64,000 nucleotides of DNA from Candidatus Woesearchaeota archaeon (GCA_016203115.1 JACQNJ010000019.1:724-64723); one strand, 5' to 3'. Shown: positions 38,775 through 48,685, counted from the first letter of the stretch. Made by a program: numbers and translations. Notes: generated from the letters alone by a model not told the origin.

Positions 38775-39425
38775 TTACCTCTTTTTCTTTTTAAAAGACA
38801 GCTTGAAAATGGTCAATACCCCCAAAATCAAAGCAAGGGCTAGTAAAGAAAATGCTAAATACTCAAAAGTCTTGTCATCTCTAACAACCCCATCACCAAA
38901 GGAAATATCACTGCATCCAACAACATTCTCATATCTGCATAAAGTATTGCTGCACAGATCTAAAGTGCATGCTTCATTATCATCGCAATCTTCATCATCG
39001 CTGCATTCATAAAAATTTTCTTCATCTGAGGCATTGCTATTTTTATCTGATTCATTAGTTTCTTCTAATTCAACACTTTCTTCTAACTCCTCAATCCCAA
39101 AAGGGCATACATTATTGTTACATTCATCTAAGTCACATTGACAGTCATCTTCACATTCAAATTGAATTTTGAAAGAAGCCTTTTCATAATCTGCTTTCCT
39201 GAAATCAAAGTAAACATCCTTAATCCTCTTGTCTTTTGATACAATAAATTGGTCATTGTTAACGCAAAGCATAGTACTCCCATTTACAGAGGCTAAAAGA
39301 GTGATATTCTTGCCATCAATAAGGAAGCTTTCACCCGGCTTTAAGGTTACATCAAATGTTTTTACAGCACTCGCAAGAGGCAATAAAAAAAGCAATAAAC
39401 CTAGCAATATCCATAGTACTCTCAT
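38775..39425 (-). CDS. Cys-rich acidic secreted protein with a C-terminal TM anchor
   Basis: Start trimmed to MRVLWILLG, because the longer ORF would overlap the tRNA at 39478. About 20 Cys in D/E/C-rich stretches. Confidence 0.55.
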   Translation of the reverse strand: MRVLWILLGLLLFLLPLASAVKTFDVTLKPGESFLIDGKNITLLASVNGSTMLCVNNDQFIVSKDKRIKDVYFDFRKADYEKASFKIQFECEDDCQCDLDECNNNVCPFGIEELEESVELEETNESDKNSNASDEENFYECSDDEDCDDNEACTLDLCSNTLCRYENVVGCSDISFGDGVVRDDKTFEYLAFSLLALALILGVLTIFKLSFKKKKR

Positions 39426-39477
39426 AATTATTAATATTATCAAAAAGGTTAAAAAGCTATAGAAAAGGATAAATCTT

Positions 39478-39588
39478 AGCGGGGTAGGACAGCTAGGAGT
39501 GTCCGTTGAAGCATAATTCACTGCTGCGGAAGGCTCATAACCTGGTTGAGAGACCCAAAGGTCGTTGGTTCAAATCCAACCCTCGCTA
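39478..39588 (+). tRNA. tRNA-Met (CAU), probably initiator type, with intron(s)
   Basis: A1:U72 acceptor stem AGCGGGG/CCTCGCT with discriminator A, typical of archaeal tRNAiMet. D-arm GGAC/GTCC. CTCATAA anticodon loop. Variable loop AGGTC. T-arm GTTGG-TTCAAAT-CCAAC. About 36 extra nt flank the anticodon loop and need two non-canonical introns or one odd intron to fold. Confidence 0.55.
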
Positions 39589-39596
39589 CTTCTAAT

Positions 39597-39878
39597 ATGG
39601 CAACAAAAGACCAAGTAATAGAACAATTAAAGAAAGTAGTAGATCCTGAGCTAGGTATGGATATTTATACTTTAGGCTTAGTCTACAACATTGACATAAA
39701 AGATAAAAAAATCAATATAAAAATGACTTTAACTTCTCCAATGTGCCCTTATGGCCCTCAAATAGTTGAAGATGTTAAATCGAGAATTAAAGCACTAAAT
39801 GCAGAACTAGTTATAGAACTTGTTTTTAGTCCACCATGGGAAATATCAAAAGAAGTAAGGTCTATTTTAGGAATATAA
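39597..39878 (+). CDS. DUF59/MIP18-family Fe-S assembly protein
   Basis: Start trimmed to MATKDQ because the ORF-track N-terminus overlaps the tRNA. Conserved Cys in TSPMCPYG. Confidence 0.7.
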   Translation: MATKDQVIEQLKKVVDPELGMDIYTLGLVYNIDIKDKKINIKMTLTSPMCPYGPQIVEDVKSRIKALNAELVIELVFSPPWEISKEVRSILGI

Positions 39879-41000
39879 CTATTTTATAGAATTAGCAACA
39901 ACCTTCACAACATTCTTGTCAAAAACATCTGGAATAATATTATCTTCTTTAACATCTTTCACAACATCGGCTAGAGTATGAGCAGCATTTAATTTCATTT
40001 CATCAGTAATTTTTCTGACATTATGATCTAAAGCCCCTCTAAAAACTCCAGGAAAAGCAAGTACATTATTTATTTGGTTCGGAAAGTCGCTCCTTCCAGT
40101 AGCTACAATTTTAGCTCCTCCTTTTTTGGCTTCATCAGGCATAATTTCAGGAACTGGATTCGCCATGGCAAAAATAATAGCGTTTCTATTCATCAGTTTA
40201 ATATCTCCAGCTTTCAAAATGTTTGGAGCGCTTAGTCCAATAAAAACATCAGAATTTTCCAAAGCGTCCCTTAATCCTCCTTCAATACTTTCTTTGTTGG
40301 TTATTTTAGCCATTTCTTTTTTATACTGCATTAAATTTTTATTATTTTTATTTAAAATGCCTTCTCTATCAACTAAAATAATATCTCCAGCACCTTCTTT
40401 TAATAATAATTTAGAAACAGCAGTTCCCGCAGCTCCAGCTCCATTAACAACAATTTTTAAATTCCTAAACTCCTTTTTCACAACTTTCACAGCATTAATC
40501 AACCCAGCTAAAACAACAATTGCAGTTCCATGCTGGTCATCATGCATAACAGGAATATCCAATTCTTTTTTTAATCGCTCTTCAATTTCAAAACATCTGG
40601 GAGAAGAAATATCTTCTAAATTAATTCCTCCGAAAACAGGAGAAATATTTTTCACAATAGAAATAATCTCTTCTGTATTTTGAGATTTGATGCAGATAGG
40701 AAAAGCATCAATATTGGCAAACTCCTTAAACAAAACACATTTTCCTTCCATTACAGGCAAAGCAGCCTCAGCGCCTATATTGCCTAATCCCAAAACAGCG
40801 CTCCCATCAGAAACAACACCAACGGTATTTCCTTTGATGGTGTATTTGTAAACATCATTAACTTTTTTATAAATTTCCTTGCAAGGCTCTGCAACTCCAG
40901 GAGTATAAGCTAAACTCAAGTCCTCTCTATTTTTCAAAGAAACTTTAGAAATAATAGATAATTTCCCTTTGTATTTTTCATGAAATTCTAAAGAATCCAT
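39879..41000 (-). CDS. NAD(P)-dependent malic enzyme (short archaeal type)
   Basis: Malic enzyme signature GGINLEDISSPRCFEIE. NAD-binding GAGAAG. Confidence 0.85.
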   Translation of the reverse strand: MDSLEFHEKYKGKLSIISKVSLKNREDLSLAYTPGVAEPCKEIYKKVNDVYKYTIKGNTVGVVSDGSAVLGLGNIGAEAALPVMEGKCVLFKEFANIDAFPICIKSQNTEEIISIVKNISPVFGGINLEDISSPRCFEIEERLKKELDIPVMHDDQHGTAIVVLAGLINAVKVVKKEFRNLKIVVNGAGAAGTAVSKLLLKEGAGDIILVDREGILNKNNKNLMQYKKEMAKITNKESIEGGLRDALENSDVFIGLSAPNILKAGDIKLMNRNAIIFAMANPVPEIMPDEAKKGGAKIVATGRSDFPNQINNVLAFPGVFRGALDHNVRKITDEMKLNAAHTLADVVKDVKEDNIIPDVFDKNVVKVVANSIK

Positions 41001-41031
41001 TTTTTAACAGGGCAAAAAAGACTATAAAAAC

Positions 41032-41928
41032 TTATGGTGTTGCATTATGCTTCTCAATAATATCAAAAGCAGATTTTTTTGCAGTATCTGCCTGTAAAGC
41101 AAACCCCAAACCTTCAGCATTTCCAACTTTAAAGTTATTAATGCCTACAATCTTGCTGTCTAAGTTAATTAAAGGCCCTCCTGAATTTCCCGGATTAATA
41201 GGAACATCAGTCTGAGCATAAACTTCATACCCATTCGCGCCTTCTCTATTGACAGCACTTATTATGCCTTCAGTAACAGAAAAACTTAAACCGTAGGGGT
41301 TTCCCACAGCAATAACCTTATCACCAACTTTAATGTCAGATGTATCTGCAAATTCTAAATAATCTAAACCACTAGCATCTATTTTAAGGATAGCTACATC
41401 TAAAGGTTGGTTAAATCCAACAAGAACCGCATCATAAACATTATCTCCAGAAGTAAAGACCTGAACATTATCTTTATCTTTATCAATAACATGATAGTTC
41501 GTTATAATAAATCCATCCTCAGTAATGGTCGCTCCAGAACCCAGGGACTGTGGAGTTGACACACCAACAACTGCAGGCACAACATTTTCTATGATAGCAG
41601 AAAAATCCTGAGATTTGATTTGCACATCTTTTAGCTGTGAGCTTAATTCCTCAATTTGGGTAGAACTCGTTTTTTCAAGCTGAGAAACAACTCTCAAAAT
41701 CTTTTCATCCGATTTAACAGTTTCCTCATTTAATGTGTTTATCTTGTTATTCAAGTTGGTATTAGAAGCCTCCAGCTGTTTGTTAAAATTATCCTGCAAA
41801 ACAATTAAATTGGTATTAGTCTGTTCTTTAAAGAGCGTAAAAGTATATTGCTGATAAACTAAAAAACCAAGTATAAAAATCAAAAGCAAAAAAACTGCAT
41901 TCTCCCTTGTTAAAACTCTTTTTTGCAT
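41032..41928 (-). CDS. HtrA/DegP-like trypsin-family serine protease
   Basis: N-terminal TM, H/D/S triad with GNSGGPL. No PDZ domain evident. Confidence 0.8.
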   Translation of the reverse strand: MQKRVLTRENAVFLLLIFILGFLVYQQYTFTLFKEQTNTNLIVLQDNFNKQLEASNTNLNNKINTLNEETVKSDEKILRVVSQLEKTSSTQIEELSSQLKDVQIKSQDFSAIIENVVPAVVGVSTPQSLGSGATITEDGFIITNYHVIDKDKDNVQVFTSGDNVYDAVLVGFNQPLDVAILKIDASGLDYLEFADTSDIKVGDKVIAVGNPYGLSFSVTEGIISAVNREGANGYEVYAQTDVPINPGNSGGPLINLDSKIVGINNFKVGNAEGLGFALQADTAKKSAFDIIEKHNATP

Positions 41929-41936
41929 GAAAAAAA

Positions 41937-42206
41937 TTAAGAAGCCTTCTTTAAAGCCTTTTCTATAGCTGATTTGTCAAATCCCAAGATTGTTTCTTTC
42001 CCAATAACAATAACAGGAACTCCAGTTTGCCCTGTCAATTCAATTATTTCTTTGATTGCATTAGGATTTTTAGTTACATCAATCTCGGTATATTTTGCCT
42101 TTTTCTCTTTAAGCAGCTCTTTGGTCTTATGGCAGTATTGACACATCGGTGAAGTAAATAACCTTATCATCTTAAAAAATAAAAAATTATGCGGATAATT
42201 CCGCAT
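41937..42206 (-). CDS. glutaredoxin
   Basis: CQYC active site and the GxxGVPVIVIG motif. Confidence 0.7.
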   Translation of the reverse strand: MRNYPHNFLFFKMIRLFTSPMCQYCHKTKELLKEKKAKYTEIDVTKNPNAIKEIIELTGQTGVPVIVIGKETILGFDKSAIEKALKKAS

Positions 42207-42903
42207 CTATTACTTGTTTGAAAGCGCTAAAAGGCTGGGCTCCAACCAATATCTTCCCATTAATGAAGAAAGTTGGTGTTCCAGATGCTCCATAAGCACT
42301 AGCATCACTTAAATCCTTTTGAATTTCGCTTTTATACTTCCCATCTTTCATGCACTTGTCAAATTTATCAGCATCCAGTCCAACTTCTTTAGCCCAAGTG
42401 CTCAATATCTCATTGCTCAGCAAACCTTGATTGTCAAAAATCTTGTCATGGTATTCCCAAAATTTGCCCTGCTCATTTGCACATTCAGAAGCTTCTGCAG
42501 CAGGCATTGCATATTCGTGGAAGCTCAAAGGTAAATGTCTAAAAGCCAATTTAACCTTTCCCGTGTCAATATATTCTTTCTGTAGAGAAGGTAAAGTTTG
42601 CTCATAAAATCTACCGCAGAATGGACATTGAAAATCACTAAACTCGATTATGGTGACTTTAGCATCCTTATCTCCTATCACAGGAGCACCATCATATTTC
42701 ACATCCTGTCTTATATTAGGATTAACCTCTCCTGGAGGAGCACTAGGCAAAGGTGCAGCAGGTGCAACAACAGCACCAGTTCCTTCATTAGTTCCTAAGC
42801 CAAATCCTCCTGTAAACAAAGAAACAACAAACAAAACTCCAAAAATTCCAGTTAATAATTTCCAAATCGTAATTTTCTTTACCTGAAAAGATTCATCTTC
42901 CAT
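42187..42903 (-). CDS. DsbA-like thiol:disulfide oxidoreductase, membrane-anchored
   Basis: N-terminal TM. CPFC active site in a thioredoxin fold. Confidence 0.75.
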   Translation of the reverse strand: MEDESFQVKKITIWKLLTGIFGVLFVVSLFTGGFGLGTNEGTGAVVAPAAPLPSAPPGEVNPNIRQDVKYDGAPVIGDKDAKVTIIEFSDFQCPFCGRFYEQTLPSLQKEYIDTGKVKLAFRHLPLSFHEYAMPAAEASECANEQGKFWEYHDKIFDNQGLLSNEILSTWAKEVGLDADKFDKCMKDGKYKSEIQKDLSDASAYGASGTPTFFINGKILVGAQPFSAFKQVIDAELSA

Positions 42904-42956
42904 GCCTAAAACCCCCTTAAAAGCTATAAATTAACAATCGTTTAAAAAACTTTCCT

Positions 42957-43700
42957 TTAACTTTTTTGTATAGCACTAGCAGCTAAATAAGACAAGAATG
43001 CAGGCAATAAAGGCAAGACACAAGGACTCAAGAAAGACCCTAATCCTGCAATAAAAGAAACAGGCAAAGTCAATGTTCCGAGTCCTCCTGTCTGGGCATC
43101 TAATTTCAAAAGCAATTCTGTAAGGATTGGCAAATTCGCAATCCTGCTAAGTTTGTTTGTAAAAACAAGAACTCCTAATACTATTAATAAAACTCCAAAA
43201 ACATAATTAACATAAGTAAGCCACTTTCCCGCTTTAGAAATAAAAGCAGCTGCTTTTCCAGTAAATGCTCCAACTATCAGAAAAGGAATTCCTAATCCTA
43301 AAGAATAAGCTAATAATAAACCAAAAGCATTTCCTGGATTGCTAACAGCCAAAGTCAAGATTGCCCCTAAAACAGCCCCAACACAAGGAGTCCATCCAAC
43401 AGCAAAAGCAGCCCCAAAAATAAAGGAAGTTACATAAGCATATTTGAATTTTCTCTTAACTCTTAGTTTATGCTCCCTTTCTAAAAAAGGAATTTTAACT
43501 ATCCTTAACAAATACAATCCAAATAAAATAATTATAGCTCCTCCTATATACCCTAACCAAGCCTGAACAGTCACAGAAACATTAGCTAGTAATCCTTGCA
43601 ATAATACACCAACCAAAGAAAACACAATAGCAAATCCTAGAACAAAAAAAACGCTATTGAGAAAGATATCCAATTGTCTTATTTCAGGCTCTTTTTTCAT
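42957..43700 (-). CDS. ccdA: CcdA/DsbD-family transmembrane thiol-disulfide electron transporter
   Basis: Six TM segments. Conserved Cys in WTPCVGAVLG and LSPCVLPLLP. Confidence 0.8.
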   Translation of the reverse strand: MKKEPEIRQLDIFLNSVFFVLGFAIVFSLVGVLLQGLLANVSVTVQAWLGYIGGAIIILFGLYLLRIVKIPFLEREHKLRVKRKFKYAYVTSFIFGAAFAVGWTPCVGAVLGAILTLAVSNPGNAFGLLLAYSLGLGIPFLIVGAFTGKAAAFISKAGKWLTYVNYVFGVLLIVLGVLVFTNKLSRIANLPILTELLLKLDAQTGGLGTLTLPVSFIAGLGSFLSPCVLPLLPAFLSYLAASAIQKS

Positions 43701-44179
43701 AGTAAGGAATTAACAATCTTTTCTTTAAGCTTATCTTTATTTAAGCTTTCCAAAGTTCTAAAAAGCTCTTTTTCATTGCTATCAACAATAACTTTTGTAT
43801 GCTGATAAGTTACGCCGAATTTCTTGGCCAATGCTTTCTCATTTTCATCAGTTTGATCATCATTGTAATTAACCTCTAAAGCAACTAAGTCTTCTCCGCT
43901 TATCCCTTTTAAAGCATTGACTATATCAGGCCTTTCCATTTTGCATATTGGGCACCAGTTGGCATAAAAATTCAAGAATACAAACTTGCCTTCATTTAAA
44001 GCGGTTTCATAAGCTTCTTTGGTATAAGATTGATAGGCAACACCTGAAACATCAGCGTTTTCACCAATAATATTTTCTTGCAATTCCTGGGATTTCTCAG
44101 ACTCAAATTGTTGATTGCATCCCACAACAAAAACCAGTAAAAATAAAATTAAGAATATACCTCTTTTCATAAAAATCAA
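43697..44179 (-). CDS. TlpA/ResA-like secreted thioredoxin
   Basis: Signal or lipoprotein-like N-terminus (LFLLVFVVGC). WCPIC active site. Confidence 0.7.
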   Translation of the reverse strand: MIFMKRGIFLILFLLVFVVGCNQQFESEKSQELQENIIGENADVSGVAYQSYTKEAYETALNEGKFVFLNFYANWCPICKMERPDIVNALKGISGEDLVALEVNYNDDQTDENEKALAKKFGVTYQHTKVIVDSNEKELFRTLESLNKDKLKEKIVNSLL

Positions 44180-44207
44180 AGTTAACAGCTGTTTAAATAG
44201 TTTATCT

Positions 44208-44561
44208 TTAAAAAAATCTTCTTTTGATCTGATGAGTATCTACAGTTTCTTCATGCAGATGATGATCACAGCCAGCACCAGTTTTCACATCCAATTTTGC
44301 ACTAATTGATTTAACTAAATTATTTTTAAGTAAATATTCCTCAACTTCATCACCGCTGACATCAGCTAGCATCTTTCCATTAATCTCCACACAAGGAGAC
44401 AAAGGTTGCCCGCTTTTCATGACCATGTCATTATAATTCTCTTCAATATTCACAACATCAATATCTTCATAATTCAAGTGATATTTTCCTAAAATAGCCC
44501 TGACTCCGTTGCTCCACCCGCAGCTTGGTTTCAAATAAGCTTTGATTTTTAATTCTACCAT
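44208..44561 (-). CDS. glutaredoxin-like protein (CxxS)
   Basis: SCGWS motif in a Grx/ArsC-like fold. His-rich C-terminus. Confidence 0.5.
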   Translation of the reverse strand: MVELKIKAYLKPSCGWSNGVRAILGKYHLNYEDIDVVNIEENYNDMVMKSGQPLSPCVEINGKMLADVSGDEVEEYLLKNNLVKSISAKLDVKTGAGCDHHLHEETVDTHQIKRRFF

Positions 44562-44865
44562 GTTTTTGTACTAAATTTAGGTATTTAAAAGATTTGCTGT
44601 CTACCCTCAAAATCGAGTATTTTTTAAATATTCAAAGGATTGCTAAAGGCATGGAAAGAAATAGAAGCTGGAAAATGTAAAAAAAAGGGAAGTGAAGAAT
44701 TCTTAAAAAATTTTCCTGTATCTACATAGCTTTAGAGATTTCTTGTATTAGCCTATTAAAAGAGATTCTATTACTAATGTTTTTTATATTGTTTTTATTT
44801 TTATAAGCCTATTCCCAAAATGTCTTTCAATTAACTTTTTAAATAATCAAATCATTTTAAATGCC

Positions 44866-46935
44866 ATGAAAAGAGGTGTAGTTTTAATATTCTTATTAGT
44901 TCTATTTTCAATAATCCTAGTTACACAATCTGAAGCAGTTTTTATCCAATCAGCCATATCCCCAATTTATGTAGGAGAAACAGATACCTTATTAAAAACA
45001 GGAACAACAGACTCAGTAAACTGGGAAATTTTGACACCCTCTATTTGCAAATTTTACGGCACTGATATTTTTACTAATAACCAAATTCGCTCTTACCCGA
45101 AAGGTCTAAGTGCTGGAACATGCTCTGTCAGAGTAACAACAGTAATTGCACCAACAGAAACAGCAACATTTGACTTTCAAGTTTTAGCAGCTGCAGCTCC
45201 AATCCCTGCTTCTTTAAGTTCCTGCTCAGTTGTACCTCAATGTATAGAAGGCTTAGGGAAAAAAACATTAGCTTCAGTTTCTGGCACTACAGATGCACAT
45301 GTATCACGCGATATCAATAGATTTCCTTACAAGTTATGCTGCGATGGAGAATCATTAAGCAGATCTTGTATTCCAACTCAGCCTCAGAAAGCAGATGTTG
45401 CCTACATTTACCTCACGGATGATTCTCATGTAGACCCAAATGGGCAGCCAGAATCAATATGCTTGTCAGTAAGAGACCAATCAAGCATTTCCTGCAGATT
45501 TAGCAATACCGGCTGTACCGCTAGTGAAACTTGTTTATTATCTTTATATCAGACCACAGATTCACATGTAGCAGATTGTAACGCCCTATCAACTCAAACC
45601 AAAATCTGCTGCTCTATAACTCAGGCTAAGACATGCTATAATCAGGGAGAAGCTAGATCTGATTCAGATAGTTTGCAATGCTGTGTAACAGATCCAGTTA
45701 CAGGAAGTGATTTGTATTATTCAAAAGAAGTTGATACAGATATCACTGGTGGATGTTGTGTGAAAGTAGATGAAGCATGGAACTCCTTTACAGGAAGATG
45801 TGAACCCACACAAGCAACTCTTTGCAACCCAACATGCCCATATGATCCAACAAACCCAAGTTATTGGACAACAGCTGGATGTTTTAGGGATTTACCAACA
45901 CCACCGCCTTACGAAGATGCATGTTGCACTGAAACACTTTTTGGTGTCACAGATAAATTCCAAATTCCAATAGAAGTAACAACAGACGCAAATGGCAAAT
46001 GCACAGGAGCTAAATTCTGCTCTTCAACAACCAAATTATGTTCATCAACACTAGACAGTTTTTGTCCAGAAAATTATGGAGATTGGTCTTCCTGTCCTTT
46101 AAATGAAGTTGGCAATAGATGCAGCATTTGCGACCCAGATTGCGGAACTTGTGGAAGTACAAGTTTTTCCCAGTTAAAAGATCCAGCCTCCCAGAATGAG
46201 CAGTTAACAATTAAGGTAGAATATAATGTTCCAATTGTAAAAGAAATTACTTTATGGAGAGTAATTTCAGGAACTGATTATTACATAAGCACTGCAAACT
46301 GCCAAGTTCAAGGAAGTGTTTGTACAGCAACATTTTCTCCGGGTTCAGTTTCACCAGGAGTAGTCCAATATCTAACAACGCCATCAAGCCCAGGCTCGCC
46401 TTACTCATTTAAGTCATCTTTATCAGTAGCCCCTGACATCATCATAACTAAAACAGGTTATACATTGCCAAGAGTAGAAATACAAGCTCCATTATCAGGC
46501 TCAACTTTAAGTGGGACAGTAAATATCCGGGCAAGAGCACAAAGTGATTCAAGCATCAGTAACATAAAATGGTATATTGAAAAGAAATCCTCTGGAGCAA
46601 ATATGCCACCATCATATTCACCAGTAAATATAATTAATAATCAAGGTTCATGCACTTTCTGTGACGCTTTAGGCTGTAATTTGCTTGGCTCAGCCTCCTA
46701 TTCGCCAAATCCTCCAAACACGAATGTAGTATCCACAAAAAGCTTTAATACTTTGAAATGCGACAATAATGATTTCATGTTGAAAGTAATAGCAGAAGAT
46801 CAGAGAGGGAACAAGGCAGAAGCTTCTATTCCTGTAAGAACAAGCAACACAAATGCCCCTTGCACAGATAATTGCCCTGCATATGATTCAACAATATTAA
46901 AGATAGTAATAGCCAAGGTTAAGACATGGATATGA
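44866..46935 (+). CDS. large secreted cysteine-rich protein (689 aa, about 40 Cys)
   Basis: Signal peptide. Numerous CC and CxC motifs. No TM anchor. Confidence 0.7.
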   Translation: MKRGVVLIFLLVLFSIILVTQSEAVFIQSAISPIYVGETDTLLKTGTTDSVNWEILTPSICKFYGTDIFTNNQIRSYPKGLSAGTCSVRVTTVIAPTETATFDFQVLAAAAPIPASLSSCSVVPQCIEGLGKKTLASVSGTTDAHVSRDINRFPYKLCCDGESLSRSCIPTQPQKADVAYIYLTDDSHVDPNGQPESICLSVRDQSSISCRFSNTGCTASETCLLSLYQTTDSHVADCNALSTQTKICCSITQAKTCYNQGEARSDSDSLQCCVTDPVTGSDLYYSKEVDTDITGGCCVKVDEAWNSFTGRCEPTQATLCNPTCPYDPTNPSYWTTAGCFRDLPTPPPYEDACCTETLFGVTDKFQIPIEVTTDANGKCTGAKFCSSTTKLCSSTLDSFCPENYGDWSSCPLNEVGNRCSICDPDCGTCGSTSFSQLKDPASQNEQLTIKVEYNVPIVKEITLWRVISGTDYYISTANCQVQGSVCTATFSPGSVSPGVVQYLTTPSSPGSPYSFKSSLSVAPDIIITKTGYTLPRVEIQAPLSGSTLSGTVNIRARAQSDSSISNIKWYIEKKSSGANMPPSYSPVNIINNQGSCTFCDALGCNLLGSASYSPNPPNTNVVSTKSFNTLKCDNNDFMLKVIAEDQRGNKAEASIPVRTSNTNAPCTDNCPAYDSTILKIVIAKVKTWI

Positions 46936-47459
46936 AAAAGAGTTGTATCTTAATTTTTGTATTATTTTTCTTATTTTTTAGCATAAGCGAAGTATTAGGA
47001 GATCTTAGAGATATTCCAGGCAATAATCCTGCTTTTGATTATGTACAACCTAAACCTAGCTTTTTTGATAAAACAATTTTAATAGCTTCTTACGCATTAA
47101 TCCCATTAGTATTAGTAGGCTTATTATATTTTTTTATTTTAAAAACAAATGCCTATTGGATAAAAGGTGGACTGATTGCGGTTATTATCTACATCTTTTA
47201 CTTTTTTATTACTACAAATCATTTTAGAAACATTAGTAACAGCTTCGGTCTTTTAAATTTGGCTTTTGTCCCTTTGTTTTTTATTCAGTTTTTTTATCTT
47301 TTAGCGATAGAGGGCTCAATTTCTTTTGTTACAGGGGCTTTGATAGGTTTTGTGTATGGGAAAGTTAAAGGAAAAATAAGAATCATACAGACTTATCCTC
47401 ACTTTAAGATAAGAATAGGAGAGTTAAACAACTCAAAAAATAAGCCTAAGAAGAAATAG
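46926..47459 (+). CDS. polytopic membrane protein
   Basis: Overlaps the upstream Cys-rich gene by 10 nt. Four to five TM segments. Confidence 0.55.
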   Translation: MDMKKSCILIFVLFFLFFSISEVLGDLRDIPGNNPAFDYVQPKPSFFDKTILIASYALIPLVLVGLLYFFILKTNAYWIKGGLIAVIIYIFYFFITTNHFRNISNSFGLLNLAFVPLFFIQFFYLLAIEGSISFVTGALIGFVYGKVKGKIRIIQTYPHFKIRIGELNNSKNKPKKK

Positions 47460-47551
47460 ATCCCAATTGATTCATTTACTACTATCCAATAAACAAAAGA
47501 GAAAACTATTTAAAGAGAAAATGATTAACTAAAACTAGTAAAAAGGTCAAA

Positions 47552-48685
47552 ATGTATCAAAATACTTCAAGAAGAGATTTTTTGAAAAGTACAGGTCTAA
47601 CTACTGCAGGCTTATTTTTACCAAGAGGATTATATGCTTCTAGCAGTTCATTATCTGGAAGGATTACGAATATGTTTTCTGATGCTCCTTACAGCAATGC
47701 AGTTATCACCTTAGTAAATGAGGGAACAGGAGAGGTTTTCAAGACAAGAACCCTGGAAGAGGTTACAGCAGTAGAGCAGTCAAGCTGGGGTCTAATTAAA
47801 AGAGAGCTTAATGGAAGACATAAAAGAGCTTCATTAGATTCTGGTTCTTATTTCATTGATTTGCCAGATGGCGTTTATATAATGGCTATTACAGATGAAG
47901 AAATTCCATCAGCAAAGCCAGCTTCTCAAGATTTGTTTTCTTTGCAATTTGATCCTCAAAAAAACCCTTTTGTTCCAAGAGTTTTCAGGTTAAGAGTAAA
48001 TGGCTCTACTGAATATCATGAAAATGTACTGCCAAAAGATTTTGATTTGGAATTTGCCTGGACTGTTTTAAACGGAAAAGTTGTAAGATATGATTATGAT
48101 AATACTACATTTTATGTTGATGCAAGTCCTGCTAGGAATAACCATAGGCCAGATCCTAATGGAAAATTACCTCAACAATGGGAAATTGACAATGTGGTAA
48201 ATGGAATTAAAGAATTTGTTACTTTAAATACTCAAGGTAAAGTTATACCAAGAGTTGAAATTGGAACTAATCCTCCAGGAGATGTAGTTCCGGGATTCAC
48301 TAAAAATCCAAGTGGAGGAAATATGGTTACCACAGGATATGCTCTATTTTTCTGGGATAGTGGCTTACCTACAGGTGCAGACGGGACGGGTTTACCTTGG
48401 ACAAGTGACACAAATAAGATAGTTTCGTCAAGTGCAAGGTATAGACCTGGAAAGACAACAAAACATACAGCAATGAATGAAGTTGTTGGAAGTGCAGGGT
48501 TACACGGAGAACCAGGAACAAACTATGATTTAGATAAAAGAATTCAAGATACTGGAAGTTCTATTTTCTTAGATGTTGGTACAGATGAAATAACAGAAAG
48601 AGACGCTCAAATAATCAAATATCACGGCGCAAGGCCACTAGGAACAAGAGCACTAGATATTACTGAAAGAATAGTTAATGAATAA
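47552..48685 (+). CDS. secreted protein with a twin-arginine (Tat) signal peptide
   Basis: SRRDFLKSTGLTTAGLFLP matches the S/T-R-R-x-F-L-K motif. Confidence 0.65.
   Translation: MYQNTSRRDFLKSTGLTTAGLFLPRGLYASSSSLSGRITNMFSDAPYSNAVITLVNEGTGEVFKTRTLEEVTAVEQSSWGLIKRELNGRHKRASLDSGSYFIDLPDGVYIMAITDEEIPSAKPASQDLFSLQFDPQKNPFVPRVFRLRVNGSTEYHENVLPKDFDLEFAWTVLNGKVVRYDYDNTTFYVDASPARNNHRPDPNGKLPQQWEIDNVVNGIKEFVTLNTQGKVIPRVEIGTNPPGDVVPGFTKNPSGGNMVTTGYALFFWDSGLPTGADGTGLPWTSDTNKIVSSSARYRPGKTTKHTAMNEVVGSAGLHGEPGTNYDLDKRIQDTGSSIFLDVGTDEITERDAQIIKYHGARPLGTRALDITERIVNE

Noticed and set aside
39426-39596. ORF-track N-terminal extensions of 38775-39521 (minus) and 39546-39878 (plus)
   Set aside because: Both extensions overlap a structured tRNA gene. 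Internal Met codons give sensible starts (a signal peptide at MRVLWILLG, and MATKDQ for DUF59).
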